Source of the DNA: Octopus bimaculoides
Taxonomy: Eukaryota
Reading direction: 5' to 3'
DNA length: 44,803 nt
Assembly (NCBI RefSeq): GCF_001194135.2
Contig: NC_068988.1
Coordinates: 49,439,300-49,484,102, forward strand
The first letter of the stretch is position 1; every line of letters starts with the position of its first letter. The notes under the pieces were generated by a model. The model made no database searches, was not told the origin of the DNA, and saw only the letters and a list, made by a program, of their open reading frames with translations. This document shows positions 23,451-34,994 of the stretch, piece after piece. The translations under genes were made by a program, and so were the position numbers.

Positions 23451-23894
23451 TGCGTGTCAAATTGTTAGACAGCTCAGTTTTTCACAATAACAGGGCATTT
23501 AATCGTTCGATTCCAGATATTTTCCCACTGACAGGGTACCTCTAGTAACAACCCTCGATTTACCCTTATCAACCCTCGAACGGACAGTAGAAAACTCCAC
23601 AAATTCCTGCACAGTTCGATGATCTCTTCCCAGCAGCTTTGATATTTCCAATGTCAATTTTGTTTTTCCAAACTCTGGGACGATGGTGGACTTCTCATTT
23701 GATGTTAGATCACGGTTTTGGTCACATAATAAGAACGGTAAAGATATTTTTGCTTCACGAAAATGTTTATATCTGCGCGAATCAAATTTATTTTGCTACA
23801 ATATGCGCAGGCAGATGTTGTTATCATTCAGTGAAAAAATATCTGGAATCGATACTCTGCTATTTCGAGAAAACAGATAATTTGACGAGTAGTG
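23448..23894. mobile_element. Tc1-like MITE inserted in a TA run
   Basis: Termini cactgcgtgtcaaatt versus reverse complement cactactcgtcaaatt. Internal 25-bp inverted match tcgattccagatatttt(cc/tt)cactga at about 23508-23532 and 23828-23852. (TA)n on both flanks. Confidence 0.6.
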
Positions 23895-23904
23895 TGTATA
23901 TATA

Positions 23905-23955
23905 TATCATTATTATCCTCTTAATTTTCAGTCATTTGACTCCGGCAATCCTAGA
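23905..23955 (-). mobile_element. SINE type A 3' tip
   Basis: ttttcagtcatttgactccggcaatcctagagcac matches the SINE A 3' end (ttcagtcatttgactgcggccatgctggagcac). Confidence 0.6.
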
Positions 23956-24044
23956 GCACGCACACAGATATATATTAATGTATCAATATATACATTTCTA
24001 TAATATGTGTCTATGTATATATATACATATATGTGCGTGTGTGT

Positions 24045-24290
24045 GTAACATATGGTATAATTATAAACGGGACAGATTTTAACCATTTCTCCGCAGACTG
24101 AATAAATGATGAACAACCTTAATCGATTTTCAAACCTTATTGGATTCTCATCGTGAGAGTCGTCCGCATCAGTCTTGACAGTCTCCAGCGAAACAATCAG
24201 CCAAAACTGTTTATATACTCAACAAATGCAGCAGTTACTCTATGAAGGAGTCTTTCATTTGCATACCGAAAGTGTTTAACACTCTATATA
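24045..24290 (-). repeat. ~245-bp module C-D carrying the second hammerhead copy
   Basis: Minus strand begins tgttaaacactttcggtatgcaaatgaaagactccttcat (matches 22465-22505) and ends ccaataaggtttgaaaatcgattaaggttgttcatc...ataccatatgttaca (matches 22295-22392). Confidence 0.85.
24107..24171 (-). ncRNA. Decayed type I hammerhead ribozyme (family 1, copy 2)
   Basis: Stem I tgatg(cg)gacgac(t)ct/aggttgttcatca (13 bp including G.U pairs). Core CACGAUGA instead of CUGAUGA. Stem II gaatcc-aataa-ggttt. GAAA intact, palindromic stem III AAUCGAUU, predicted UUA cleavage triplet at 24122-24120. Confidence 0.65.
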
Positions 24291-25169
24291 CATACATATG
24301 TGGGGGTGAGAGAGAGAGATAAAGTGAGAGAGAAAAAACGGTGAACAAGGTGTTACGCTGCCCCAAAAATAGCTGCGCAAGCCACAACCCGCAAACTGCA
24401 CAAAACAATTTCAATTCTATGTCACATTTCTGGGTTCGTCCTACATGGGGCAACAGCTATTCAACATATCTTTACAATTCTGCAACACGTGACAGTAACG
24501 GCAAGAGCCAAACCATTAACAACAGTAACATACCTAACCAAAAGGAAAATAACGACCCGTCTGCAAGGTCAAGGCAGAGTTCAGAAATCATAACTGCAGC
24601 GTTGTTACCACCAACACCATCACCACCATCACTATTTTGTGCTATAGTAGAGACAACAACCAATTTGAAAACAGTCTGTTTGGCAACAACCAAAACCACC
24701 AAGTCGGCCATTTTCGCTGTAACCGGCAAATCCATCACAGCTGAGACTGAAACAAGAGCAGCATAGGCAGCTAAATCTACGATCAGTTAAAGCAAGAGGA
24801 TGTTTTGCTAACGCAATTCGAGTCAATGGATAAATTAAGCTGCAGAGTGAAATAATTAGAATTCAAAAGCAGCAAAAGGAAAGTAAACTTGGAATCTTCA
24901 ATTGATTGTTACATGGTAAGTAATTGATGCATCGTTGTTAAGACTCTGCTGGTTGTAAACCAACCCCAACTCACCTGTCTGCAACCCGTGTAGAAACAAG
25001 ACTTTTGTCAGAGAATTCAGTGTAAGTGATATCAAATTAGGGTCTGAATTAGAAGCGAGGAAACACTCCGGAGCCCCCGTTAAATATTAGTTTATCCTCA
25101 TCCCATTATACACGGGCAAACGAGGTGTGAAGTTGAGGATAGTAGATATGACATGAGAAATAAAGATCT

Positions 25170-25850
25170 GTGTGGCTGGCAGTGGCGGTTTTGCCCCATG
25201 ACGAGAGAGGGACCATCATGGAGATACACGGGAAGCGACAAGAAAATTGGTCGGTTATAAAGCATAGAGCTAATAATAGAATTGAATGAAGAGAAAACGA
25301 AAGCCATCCTCGAACTAATCGAACAATCATATGGTATTAGATTAATAATAGTGTTAGAGGGCACAAATTCAAGGTGTTATATTTGTAGAGCGACCAACCA
25401 TTAAGAGTTTTCTACCCACGGCAGACGATATATGAAAGGAAGCCCCCAATGCTGCCAATGCCACAACCTCATAAGTATAAGAACAATAATGTGCAAATAA
25501 AACAACCTCAAAAACTTCATTAGTAAAATCGGCAGCAGCTGTGAAGATGGCAGCAGTAACAACAGCATACGTAATAACAACAAATGCAGTTCGGAAAGAA
25601 ACGTTGGGTGGAGTCGTTATGTTATATCGGAAAGTCGCAGATCTCACAATACGAACACTGGTAAATCACTGGTGCTGGACGTGACCAGCAGCGATGGCCA
25701 TATCTATTGCTGGTAACTGCCTAGGCTTCAACATGCGTGAGGTTGTCTGATTTACTGAGGCGTCTAGAGTCTTTTTCCAGGAACGTCTCTCTTTCTTTAG
25801 TGTTAGCTGGAGGTTGGAATTTCATCTTGGATGCACGTTAAAACCGTGTG
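25170..25850 (+). mobile_element. L1/Tx1-like LINE relic: ORF1 zinc knuckle and APE endonuclease fragment
   Basis: IIVLEGTNSRCYICRATNH* (C at 25375 and 25384, H at 25399; CX2CX4H with the last C lost) and SLVLAGGWNFILDAR (about 25794-25838), resembling the APE motif LVLxGDWNxILD. Confidence 0.55.
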
Positions 25851-26107
25851 AGGCTAGCTAAAAGGACAGCCATGAAAAAATCACATAAACTTAATCGGAC
25901 GTTTCTAAGAGGATTTAGTCGACTAAACCAACTCTAATACTTTATGTTATCGACCCTAAAGAGTTTGAAAATCGAGATTGAACAATATGAATTACAATAT
26001 TAAAAGAAGGGTAATACTCACATAAAACTTTTAAATACACTAGCAATATATTATTTCTAGCACAGAGCGTAATGTTACATATTTTCTATTAGAATACTGT
26101 CAATTAT

Positions 26108-26495
26108 GTGGAGGTGCAATGGCCCAGTGGTTAGGGCAGCGGATTCGTGGTCATAGGATCGCGGTTTCGATTCCCAGACCGGGCGTTGTGAGTGTTTATT
26201 GAGCGAAAACACCTAAAGCTCCACGAGGCCACAGCAGGGGATGGTGGCGAACCCTGCTGTACTCTTCCACCACATCTTTCTCTCACTCTTACTTCCTGTT
26301 TCTGTTGTACCTGTATTTCAAAGGGTCAGCCTTGTCACACTGTGTCACGCTGAATATCCCCGAGAATTACGTTAAGAGTACACGTGTCTGTGGAGTGCTC
26401 AGCCACTTGCACGTTAATTTCACGAGCAGGCTGTTCCGTTGATCAGATCAACTCGAACCCTCGACGTCGTAAGCGACGGAGTGCCAACATCAACA
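26108..26495 (+). mobile_element. SINE type E (tRNA head + central domain 2 + tail X), young-looking, 12-bp TSD
   Basis: A box tggcccagtgg (26120-26130), B box ggtttcgattccc (26163-26175), (AAC)n tail. actgtcaattat (26096-26107) and actgtcgattat (26496-26507) flank it. Confidence 0.9.
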
Positions 26496-27353
26496 ACTGT
26501 CGATTATATCGTTCTTATCGATATTGTTATCGATTTTGACACCTTGGAAGGATGAAAAGTATTGATTCGCCCGGTACGATTTGAAACCTGAACGTTAAAA
26601 GAGAAGAACGCTGACAATAAGTTAACTGTCAATTACGATGCTTGCGTGGAGTTAAACAAGCTGAAGATGACAACGACAACATAGAGCGTGTATGGGTAGC
26701 GAACATCGGGTAAAAGTCATTGCGAAGTTGTCAGTTGGAAGTCTGCCATGGCTGAGCAGATGCCAAACGGAAGTCAAACGGAAATGACGGGCAGAACTCT
26801 ATTAACACATTACGGAGAAATGGTGTTAAAAGGGTTGAAATCTGTCAGTGTTGAAAGACTATAAGACAAGGCTACTCTTTATTTATTTATGTATTTGTTT
26901 TGAATGACCTATCAAAGACAGGTCAACTGGGAAAGAATAGTTGTCGGGTTTTATGTATGTGGACCACAGTAACGACGATAACGCTGGACAACAATAATAA
27001 CAGCAACAACAAAAGCAAAAACAACGGCAATTTCTTCCACTCCGACAACGGCTTCGATGATAACAATGACTGCAAAAGCAGTGACAATGATGACTACTTA
27101 GACTGGCACACGGCCACAAATCCGTAAAAGAGACAGCGGAGGGGTTAGCTGAACGACCGAATCACCACCCTAGTACTTACATTCACATGTATTGTGTGCC
27201 GTGTATATGTATGTATGTATAGATGTATGTATGTATGCATGTATGTATTATATATGTATGTAGGTGTGTATGTATCTATGCATGCATGCATGCTTGTATG
27301 TATGTATGCGTGTTTCTGTATATATATATATATATATGTATTTCTCTTTCTCC

Positions 27354-27384
<31 letters not shown>

Positions 27385-27476
27385 ACTCTCTCACTCTCAC
27401 TATCCCTTTTTCTTACTTTCTCTCCCCCTCTCTCCCTCTCTTTCTCATTTTCTTTCTCATTCTCTCTCATTCTTTT

Positions 27477-27547
<71 letters not shown>

Positions 27548-27720
27548 NNNNNNNNNNNNNNNNNNNNNNNNNNNNNNNNNNNNNNNNNNNNNNNNNNNNN
27601 NNNNNNNNNNNNNNNNNNNNNNNNNNNNNNNNNNNNNNNNNNNNNNNNNNNNNNNNNNNNNNNNNNNNNNNNNNNNNNNNNNNNNNNNNNNNNNNNNNNN
27701 NNNNNNNNNNNNNNNNNTAT

Positions 27721-27783
<63 letters not shown>

Positions 27784-27949
27784 AAGTAGAAGGGGAAAGA
27801 GAAAAACCAAAAGACAATAATATATACATAAATGTATATACATATATATACACACACATGCACATAGAAACACACATGTATGTGTGTATATATTTATATA
27901 CTATGCGCACACATACACATAGACAAATGCATATACATACACACACATG

Positions 27950-27998
<49 letters not shown>

Positions 27999-28003
27999 GA
28001 AAA

Positions 28004-28424
28004 CACGGTTATTAATCGTTTATCCCGAATTCCAAAATCCCAAAACCTCGTAAATCCGAATAGTTTTTAAGCACCACAAATGGAATACTGCTGGAAAGGG
28101 TTCGGAAGGGTATAAAACTAAGCAGCAGTAGTGACCCCAAGGTGTATTCATGTTTGATAAGCTGAAGTGAAAGTGTAATGGACAAATTTCATTGCAGGAA
28201 AGCAAAACGTTCCCAAAGCAAAACGTTGCCGTGTGAAAGAAGACTAGTGCCAAATGTATATATAAGACCATATGCACGGCATAATTCTATATGCAACATT
28301 TACGAAATGTAAATGGATAATTTCTGTAGAAATGGGTCCTATGCACAAGTTGCCTTTATCTTGTAATTTTAAAATTTCCGAAATTTGAAATACGTCCGGT
28401 TCCAAGCATTTCGCACAATGGACT
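28004..28424. mobile_element. Tigger4/MER46-like MITE, degenerate
   Basis: Left end ...ttatcccgaattccaaaatcccaaaacctcgtaaatccgaatagtttttaagcacc and right end ccgaaatttgaaatacgtccggttccaagcatttcg... follow the recalled Tigger4/MER46 terminal text. Confidence 0.45.
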
Positions 28425-29049
28425 ATTAACACAATGCGCGCATGCACATAAACACACAGTGGCCTATACTGTTTATTATTTACATATAAAATATACACAG
28501 ACGTATATAAGGAGTCACAAATAATAGGATGTATGAGTTTGTGTAATTGTTCGTTCCCCAGAGAATAAATCTTCTATAATGTTGGTGATGTTTTGCTTCA
28601 TGATGGTGAAACCATCATCTCATGTGCAGCCACGTGGCCAGGATATAGAATAGTAAATATCACCCTATACTTCACATTGAGCATCAATTATCTCCACCTC
28701 CTGAAGAGATATAAATTGAATCGACAATACTTCCTTACCCTGATAGCAGGAGAATAAAAGGATTGGGAGGGGACGAAATGAAGTGAAGAGCTGTGTAGAT
28801 GATAGGAGAAGCGTGTGTGTGTGTGATTGCACATGTTCGTGTGTGTATGTTTGTGCTTGCGTGTGTATGTGTGCGTGTTTGTATGAAAACAGATGACAGA
28901 AAGTCTTGTTAAAACGAAAAACGTCAGGAATCATTGGATAAATAAATGTTTTAATCAACCATGGCGAAAGAAGAGATCTGAAACGGAAAGTGTATGAAAA
29001 TAAAACAGCAAAAAGGGAATATATACTTGCCAATAGGAAAGGTACAAAA

Positions 29050-30000
29050 AAGAAAAGAAAGATATTAAATCAACAAAAGTTACGTTGATTAACGAAAAAT
29101 GTGAGAAAACAGGAAGAAGTCATAGTGTAAATAACTCAAGAAAAAATATACCAAATTGTTAAAGATCTTACCAAAGAATGGGTACCAAAATGTCAAGATT
29201 TTGAAGATAAATATGGCAGCCAACTAAGCAAGGCAAATGATGTAATTGAAAGATAGAAGGAATAATGTGAGGAACTTTACAGCTCCAGACGAAGATAGTA
29301 ATACGCTAAAACAATAAAGACGGAAACTTCTCGTTAATAACTTCAGAAGTTACACAAGCAATTAGGAAACTAAGATGAAATCAATCCCCTTGAAGAGATA
29401 ACATAGCTGTAGATCTGTTAAAGCACAGAGGTGAATATGTCACTGAGATTCATAATAAAATTTCTAATAGTATTTTGCGTATTGGAGAATCGCTCAGTAA
29501 AGGGACAGGATCGATTGATTTAGCACTACAAAAGAAAAGAGACATCAAAAAGTGTGTGTAATCCAACCGTGCAGTTAGTTTAATTAGCCATTCAAGCGAG
29601 ATTTTGCTGTATGTTGCTAAACTAAGCGTTTGATATATGTTTTATTTACTCTAAACATTAGCTTCCTGAGCGGATTAGTAACATTAATGATCTTTCAGAA
29701 ATGTACTGAGAACACCATGTTGGACCTTTTGCAAAAGTTGATTGACTTTAAAAATCACTTTCACCACATTTAGTGTAAAGCACTAAGGTTTATTATGATT
29801 AATATTGCATCAACTAACTATTATGAAGTCGTTATAACATTTGTATCAGTTTATACATTCACCAAATAACTGGTTTAAAACGATCGATAGTGTCAGATAA
29901 GGATATGTCCTTTCACCAACTTTTTTAATGATTTTAAAATACAGAATTACACTTGCCAATTACTAAATAGCATGATAATGTTTGGTCATCCTGTATCTAG
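29050..30000 (+). mobile_element. RTE-clade LINE RT relic
   Basis: DKYGSQLSKANDVIER*KE*CEELYS; SEVTQAIRKLR*NQSP; LQKKRDIKKC..NRAVSLISHSSEILL; SVR*GYVLSPTFF (GVRQGCxLSPxLF). Many stops and frameshifts. Confidence 0.7.
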
Positions 30001-30154
30001 AGAACACGGTCATGTTTAAGTTGTAGCAATCGGATGTTTCAGCAACAAGGAATATAAAGAGAAGGAAATGACTGACCACTAGGAAACACAGTGCCTTCGA
30101 GATTTTCTTTGGTACGTGTCTATTGCCCAATGTGATGAATATTTATATATACTC

Positions 30155-30394
30155 TTTTATTCCCTTGTTCTTTTACTTCTTTCAGTCATTTGACTCTGGT
30201 CATGCAGGAGCACCGCCTTTAGTCGAGAAAATCGACCCCAGGACTTATTCTTTGTAAGCCTAGTATTTATTCTATCGGTCTTTTGCCGAACTGCTAAGTT
30301 ACGGGGACGTAAACACACCAGCATCGGTTGTCAAGCGATGTTGGGGGGACAAACACAGACACACAAACATATACACACACAGGCATATATATAT
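30155..30394 (-). mobile_element. SINE type A, 3' half, running into a gap
   Basis: ttcagtcatttgactctggtcatgcaggagcaccgcctttagtcgagaaaatcgaccccaggacttattc...gacaaacacagac. Confidence 0.9.
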
Positions 30395-31479
30395 NNNNNN
30401 NNNNNNNNNNNNNNNNNNNNNNNNNNNNNNNNNNNNNNNNNNNNNNNNNNNNNNNNNNNNNNNNNNNNNNNNNNNNNNNNNNNNNNNNNNNNNNNNNNNN
30501 NNNNNNNNNNNNNNNNNNNNNNNTATATATAAACGTAAAGGACTTTCTCACTTCCCGAGCGTTTAACTAATACATCTGTTTGTTGTTTACACACCCGTCT
30601 TCGTCTTTTGTTTTTTCTTGTAAATTCTTACTATATATGTAAATGTATGTATGTATGTATGTACGTATGTATGTATGTATGTATGTATGTATGTATGTAT
30701 GTATGTATGTATGCATGTATATTCATATATGTATATATATATGCACATATATATGTATGTATGTATATGTGTGTGTATGTGTGTGTGGGTGTGTGTGTGT
30801 GTTTGTGCGTATGTGTGCGTCTGCGTATGTGTGTGTATAAGAACACAAGGTTTAAATTCGACTGCTCCAAACAACTGAAGACAATTCTGTTCTTCACAAA
30901 GTAGATTCTTCCAAGAACGCTCCTCCTGGATAGAATGGAATTCATTAACGCAAAATATCTCCGATAGAACCAATATGGACTCAGACTTAATAGAAGTCCC
31001 CACCGACATGGCATCTGTTCCCAGACAACTCTACGAAAATGCAGGAAACTGAATATATGATTATGTAGAGTTAGCTAATTGACCACTTAACTAATCGATT
31101 GCTTGAATGATTGACTAAAATGATCGATTTAATCGCATTTTACAGTAGATGCCTGGGAAAGTAGCCTGGCTTATATGGCGAAACTCCCGAGTAATCAACA
31201 GCTGAGTGAATCCGTTTTTGCTTTGAACAGAACGAAAATTAAATTTGTTTGATACAGTTATACTTGATATTATTTTTGTTGTTGATTGGCCCCCTGGTAA
31301 ACAACAGCTGAGAGAACTACTATCAAAGAAGGTTCTATCTATGAACATACCGTTTCTTTTTCTAGGATATTATCTAATGTGTACTTATTATTAAGAATGG
31401 AAAGTGTGGCTGCTCTTTCTTATATATCGACACGACAGACGTAGGATTCCGCGTAATACCTAATGCTGATTCCGATGAT

Positions 31480-31544
31480 GATGATGATTATTATTATGAT
31501 GATGATTATTATTATGATGATGATGATGACGACGACGATGATGG

Positions 31545-31595
<51 letters not shown>

Positions 31596-31765
31596 CGACG
31601 GCAACGACAATGAAGATGTTGATATCGATGACGATGACGACGACGACGACGATGATGATGATGATAATGACGACGATGATGATGACAATGAAGATGTTGA
31701 TGACGACGACGACGACGATGATAACGGTGATGATGACTGTGATGACAACGATGACGACGTCGACG

Positions 31766-31797
<32 letters not shown>

Positions 31798-32451
31798 AAC
31801 GATGACGATGACCACGACGATGATGATGATGATGTTGATGATGGTTATGATGGTGCTGCTGCTGTTAATGATGCCACTGTTCTTGTGCAGCTGTTGTTGA
31901 TGCTGCTCGCTGCCGCTGCTGTTTCTGTTGCTACCGCTGCCGCCGCCTCTGCTACCACTGCGGCTGCCACTGATGCTGCTGATGCTGATGATGATGATGC
32001 CATTCTTGTATCAATTAGCTTGACCTGCTGACACTCACAGAAGTTTTGCGGGCGTTCCATTGTCTCCATTATCATTGCATCTTTTCTTCTTCCCTCTCTT
32101 TCATCGTCATCCTCATCGTTGTCGTTCTCACCGTCGTCATCATCCCCACCATTATCACTTTCTTCTTCTTCTTCTTCTTCTTCTTCTTCTTCTTCTTCTT
32201 CTTCTTCTTCTTCTTCTTCTTCTTCTTCTTCTTCTTCTTCTTCTTCGTCTCCTCCTCCTCCTCCTTCTTCCTTTTCTTCTTTTCCTTTATCTTCCTTCTG
32301 ATACTGCTTTTATTTCACTAACACTACCACCAACATTATCATCAGCATCATCATCGTTATCATCATCATCGTCGTCATCGTCATCGTCATCATCGCCGTC
32401 GTCATGACCATCATCATAAACTCCTCCTTTAACCTTACCACCACCACCACC

Positions 32452-32485
<34 letters not shown>

Positions 32486-32500
32486 TCATCAAAAGGATTT
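31480..32500. repeat. Trinucleotide complex: (GAT/GAC)n, (GCT)n, then complementary (TCA/TCG/TCT/ACC)n
   Basis: Direct reading; pure (TTC)n about 32160-32245. Confidence 0.95.
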
Positions 32501-32799
32501 TCATCACCTATTTCTTCCCGCTTATTCTCGCCGTCTATCTCTGGCATTCCATATCAGGTACCTTTCTCTTTATTTCCCTGACAGTGCGTTCCCCACACTT
32601 TCAACTTCAACCTCATCTCCATTCGCACCACCAGCGCTACCATCACCATTATTTTCCTTCTTCTTCCTCACCACCGCCAACATTGACCTTGATCTGACCT
32701 CTCAACGGAACGCCTGTTCCATAAGCACAGATCTGTGCTGAACTTGTTCTATTAAGGCAGATTTGTGTTTGATTCACTAATGATAGTGACGGAGTGAGT

Positions 32800-33364
32800 G
32801 GTAGAGGTGCAGAGGCGAATGGGGTTTGGAAGGAAGGAAAAATAGTAAGAATTTAAGAGAGAGAGAGAGTGTCGGAGGAGAAAAGGAGAGACTTAAGGAG
32901 AGTTTTAAAATGTGATATGGACGTAATTGAGGGAGGAAATTGCTGAGCGTGTGAGGAAGAGAGAGGTGGGGGTGGATGAGGAGAAACGGAATGATAGATA
33001 AGAATAGTTAGAGAGAGGGTCTGTGGAGCATAGAGAAGGAAAACAGGGAGGAAGGAGTTGATTTAAGAGGGAGAAGGAATATGGTGATATAGAGAAGGAA
33101 GGAAACGGAGGGACTGAGGAAGAGGAAGCGATTTAGGGAAGGCGGAGAGTGTGTGTGTGCTGAAGGTGAGATTGAAATAGAGAGAAGGGGAGAGGGGTTT
33201 GAGGAATAAGGAAGAGAGAGAACGAGATTGAAGACAGGGATATAGTGAAAGTAGATATATGGCGGAAGGAACTTAGACAAAGAGTGAAGTAGAGACGTGA
33301 TGGAGATATATATATAGAGAGAGAGAAAATGAATGATGAAATATGGAGAGGAAGAGAAAACGCA

Positions 33365-33450
<86 letters not shown>

Positions 33451-34060
33451 TATGTGTGTGTGCACGCGTGCACGTTTGTATGTGTGTGTGTGCATGTGTG
33501 AATGAGTGTGTATGAGAGATAGAGAGCATATGTGTGTGAGAGAGACAGAGAGATAGAGAGCGAGAAAGAGAGGGATAAATGGCGGGGAGAGAGCAAAAAT
33601 ATCGGGTTTTATGGGAAAAGTTGAAAAGTGGAAAAAAATGGAGAAAGTAGCAAGTTAAGCAAAGTCTAAAGAAAGAGAGAAAAAGAAAGTAAAAAGAGAA
33701 AAAAGATAAGAGAAAGAGAAAAAAGGGGGGAAAGAGGAAACAGTAGAGAAGGTTTAACACACAAAGCATGAACTATGTTGAAAGAGAGAGAGAGAAGGAA
33801 AGAAGGAGAGACACGGACAAACAGAGAGACAGATACGGAGACAGAGAGAGAGAGAAAGAGAAAGAGAAAGAGAGAGAGGATAAGAGAAAAATGGGAGATA
33901 AACAGAAGTGCAAAGATGAACATAATGTTTGGACAGTGGAAATAGAAGGTAAAAAGGGACGAAGCTAGAAAGAAGAGAAAGTGAAACACAGAAGGCAAAA
34001 ACTAAATGAGAAAGACAGAAGAAAACAAAACGAAATGTGAAAGAAAGAAAGAAAGAAAGC
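32800..34060 (+). repeat. ~1.25-kb purine-rich (G/A) low-complexity tract with a central (TG)n
   Basis: Direct reading; (TG)n about 33366-33445. Confidence 0.85.
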
Positions 34061-34785
34061 CCATTTAACTAAACCATACTTTAGAAATTTAACTGCATGA
34101 TTTAATAAACAGCTGGTGGAAAAGTAGAAGAGGAACGGACAATTTTGATTAAACCATGGAAAGCATATTTGCCGGGTTTTTTCATTGGCTGGTTGATGTA
34201 ATTACAGTAGATTCGGAAGAAGATGAAAAAGAAAAGAGAAAAAGAAGAAAATTAACCTTGAAAATGCCCCAACAATTAGGTGTAAATATGGCGGCCAGAG
34301 ACGTTCGCTGTCTCTTTATTATAGATGAAGCTTGATTAGATTAACCAAGAAATCTGAATTAAGTTTTATCTTTAAAAAAGATATTAAAAATAATCTTGTG
34401 AAATATTATAAACCTATATTATATTAAATTAGGAATTTTGTTATTATTTGTCTCTGACTAATCATCGTTCTATTGTCTCTGACTTTTGATATTGCCTTCA
34501 ATAAAGTTTCCACTTGGTTTTGAACAGGAAGTTTGTTTTGTGCGAATCTTTCGTTGCTGATTGGCTCATCTTCTTGTTTCATTTATTTTCTTTTTTTCTT
34601 CTTTTTTTTTTGGCATAATATGGCGAGTTAACCTTTCGCTTAGCTCATAAAGTTTAAGAAATTAAACAAACATATACCTACATATTTAGGAGCATACATA
34701 TAACTATGTATTTATATATATATGAGCATTATATGTATATATAAGTACATATATAAATTGTGCGCATGTATACACACATACGCAC

Positions 34786-34864
<79 letters not shown>

Positions 34865-34912
34865 TGTATGTATGTATACACACACATACTTACCTATATA
34901 CATATATACATA

Positions 34913-34994
<82 letters not shown>

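Noticed and set aside
23639-24082. 147-aa ORF
   Set aside because: It runs through a MITE, a SINE tip and microsatellite sequence.
24341-24766. 141-aa ORF rich in N/T/S
   Set aside because: No recognisable motif or splice context; composition follows an AAC/ACC-rich low-complexity tract.
26108-26185. tRNA-like sequence (also at 14071, 14540, 20783 and the SINE B heads)
   Set aside because: A and B boxes are present but continue into SINE bodies with TSDs and show no complete cloverleaf, so they are not called tRNA genes.
30840-31030. Minus-strand acceptor followed by two open frames of ~60 codons
   Set aside because: No donor site before the microsatellite and no recognisable protein.
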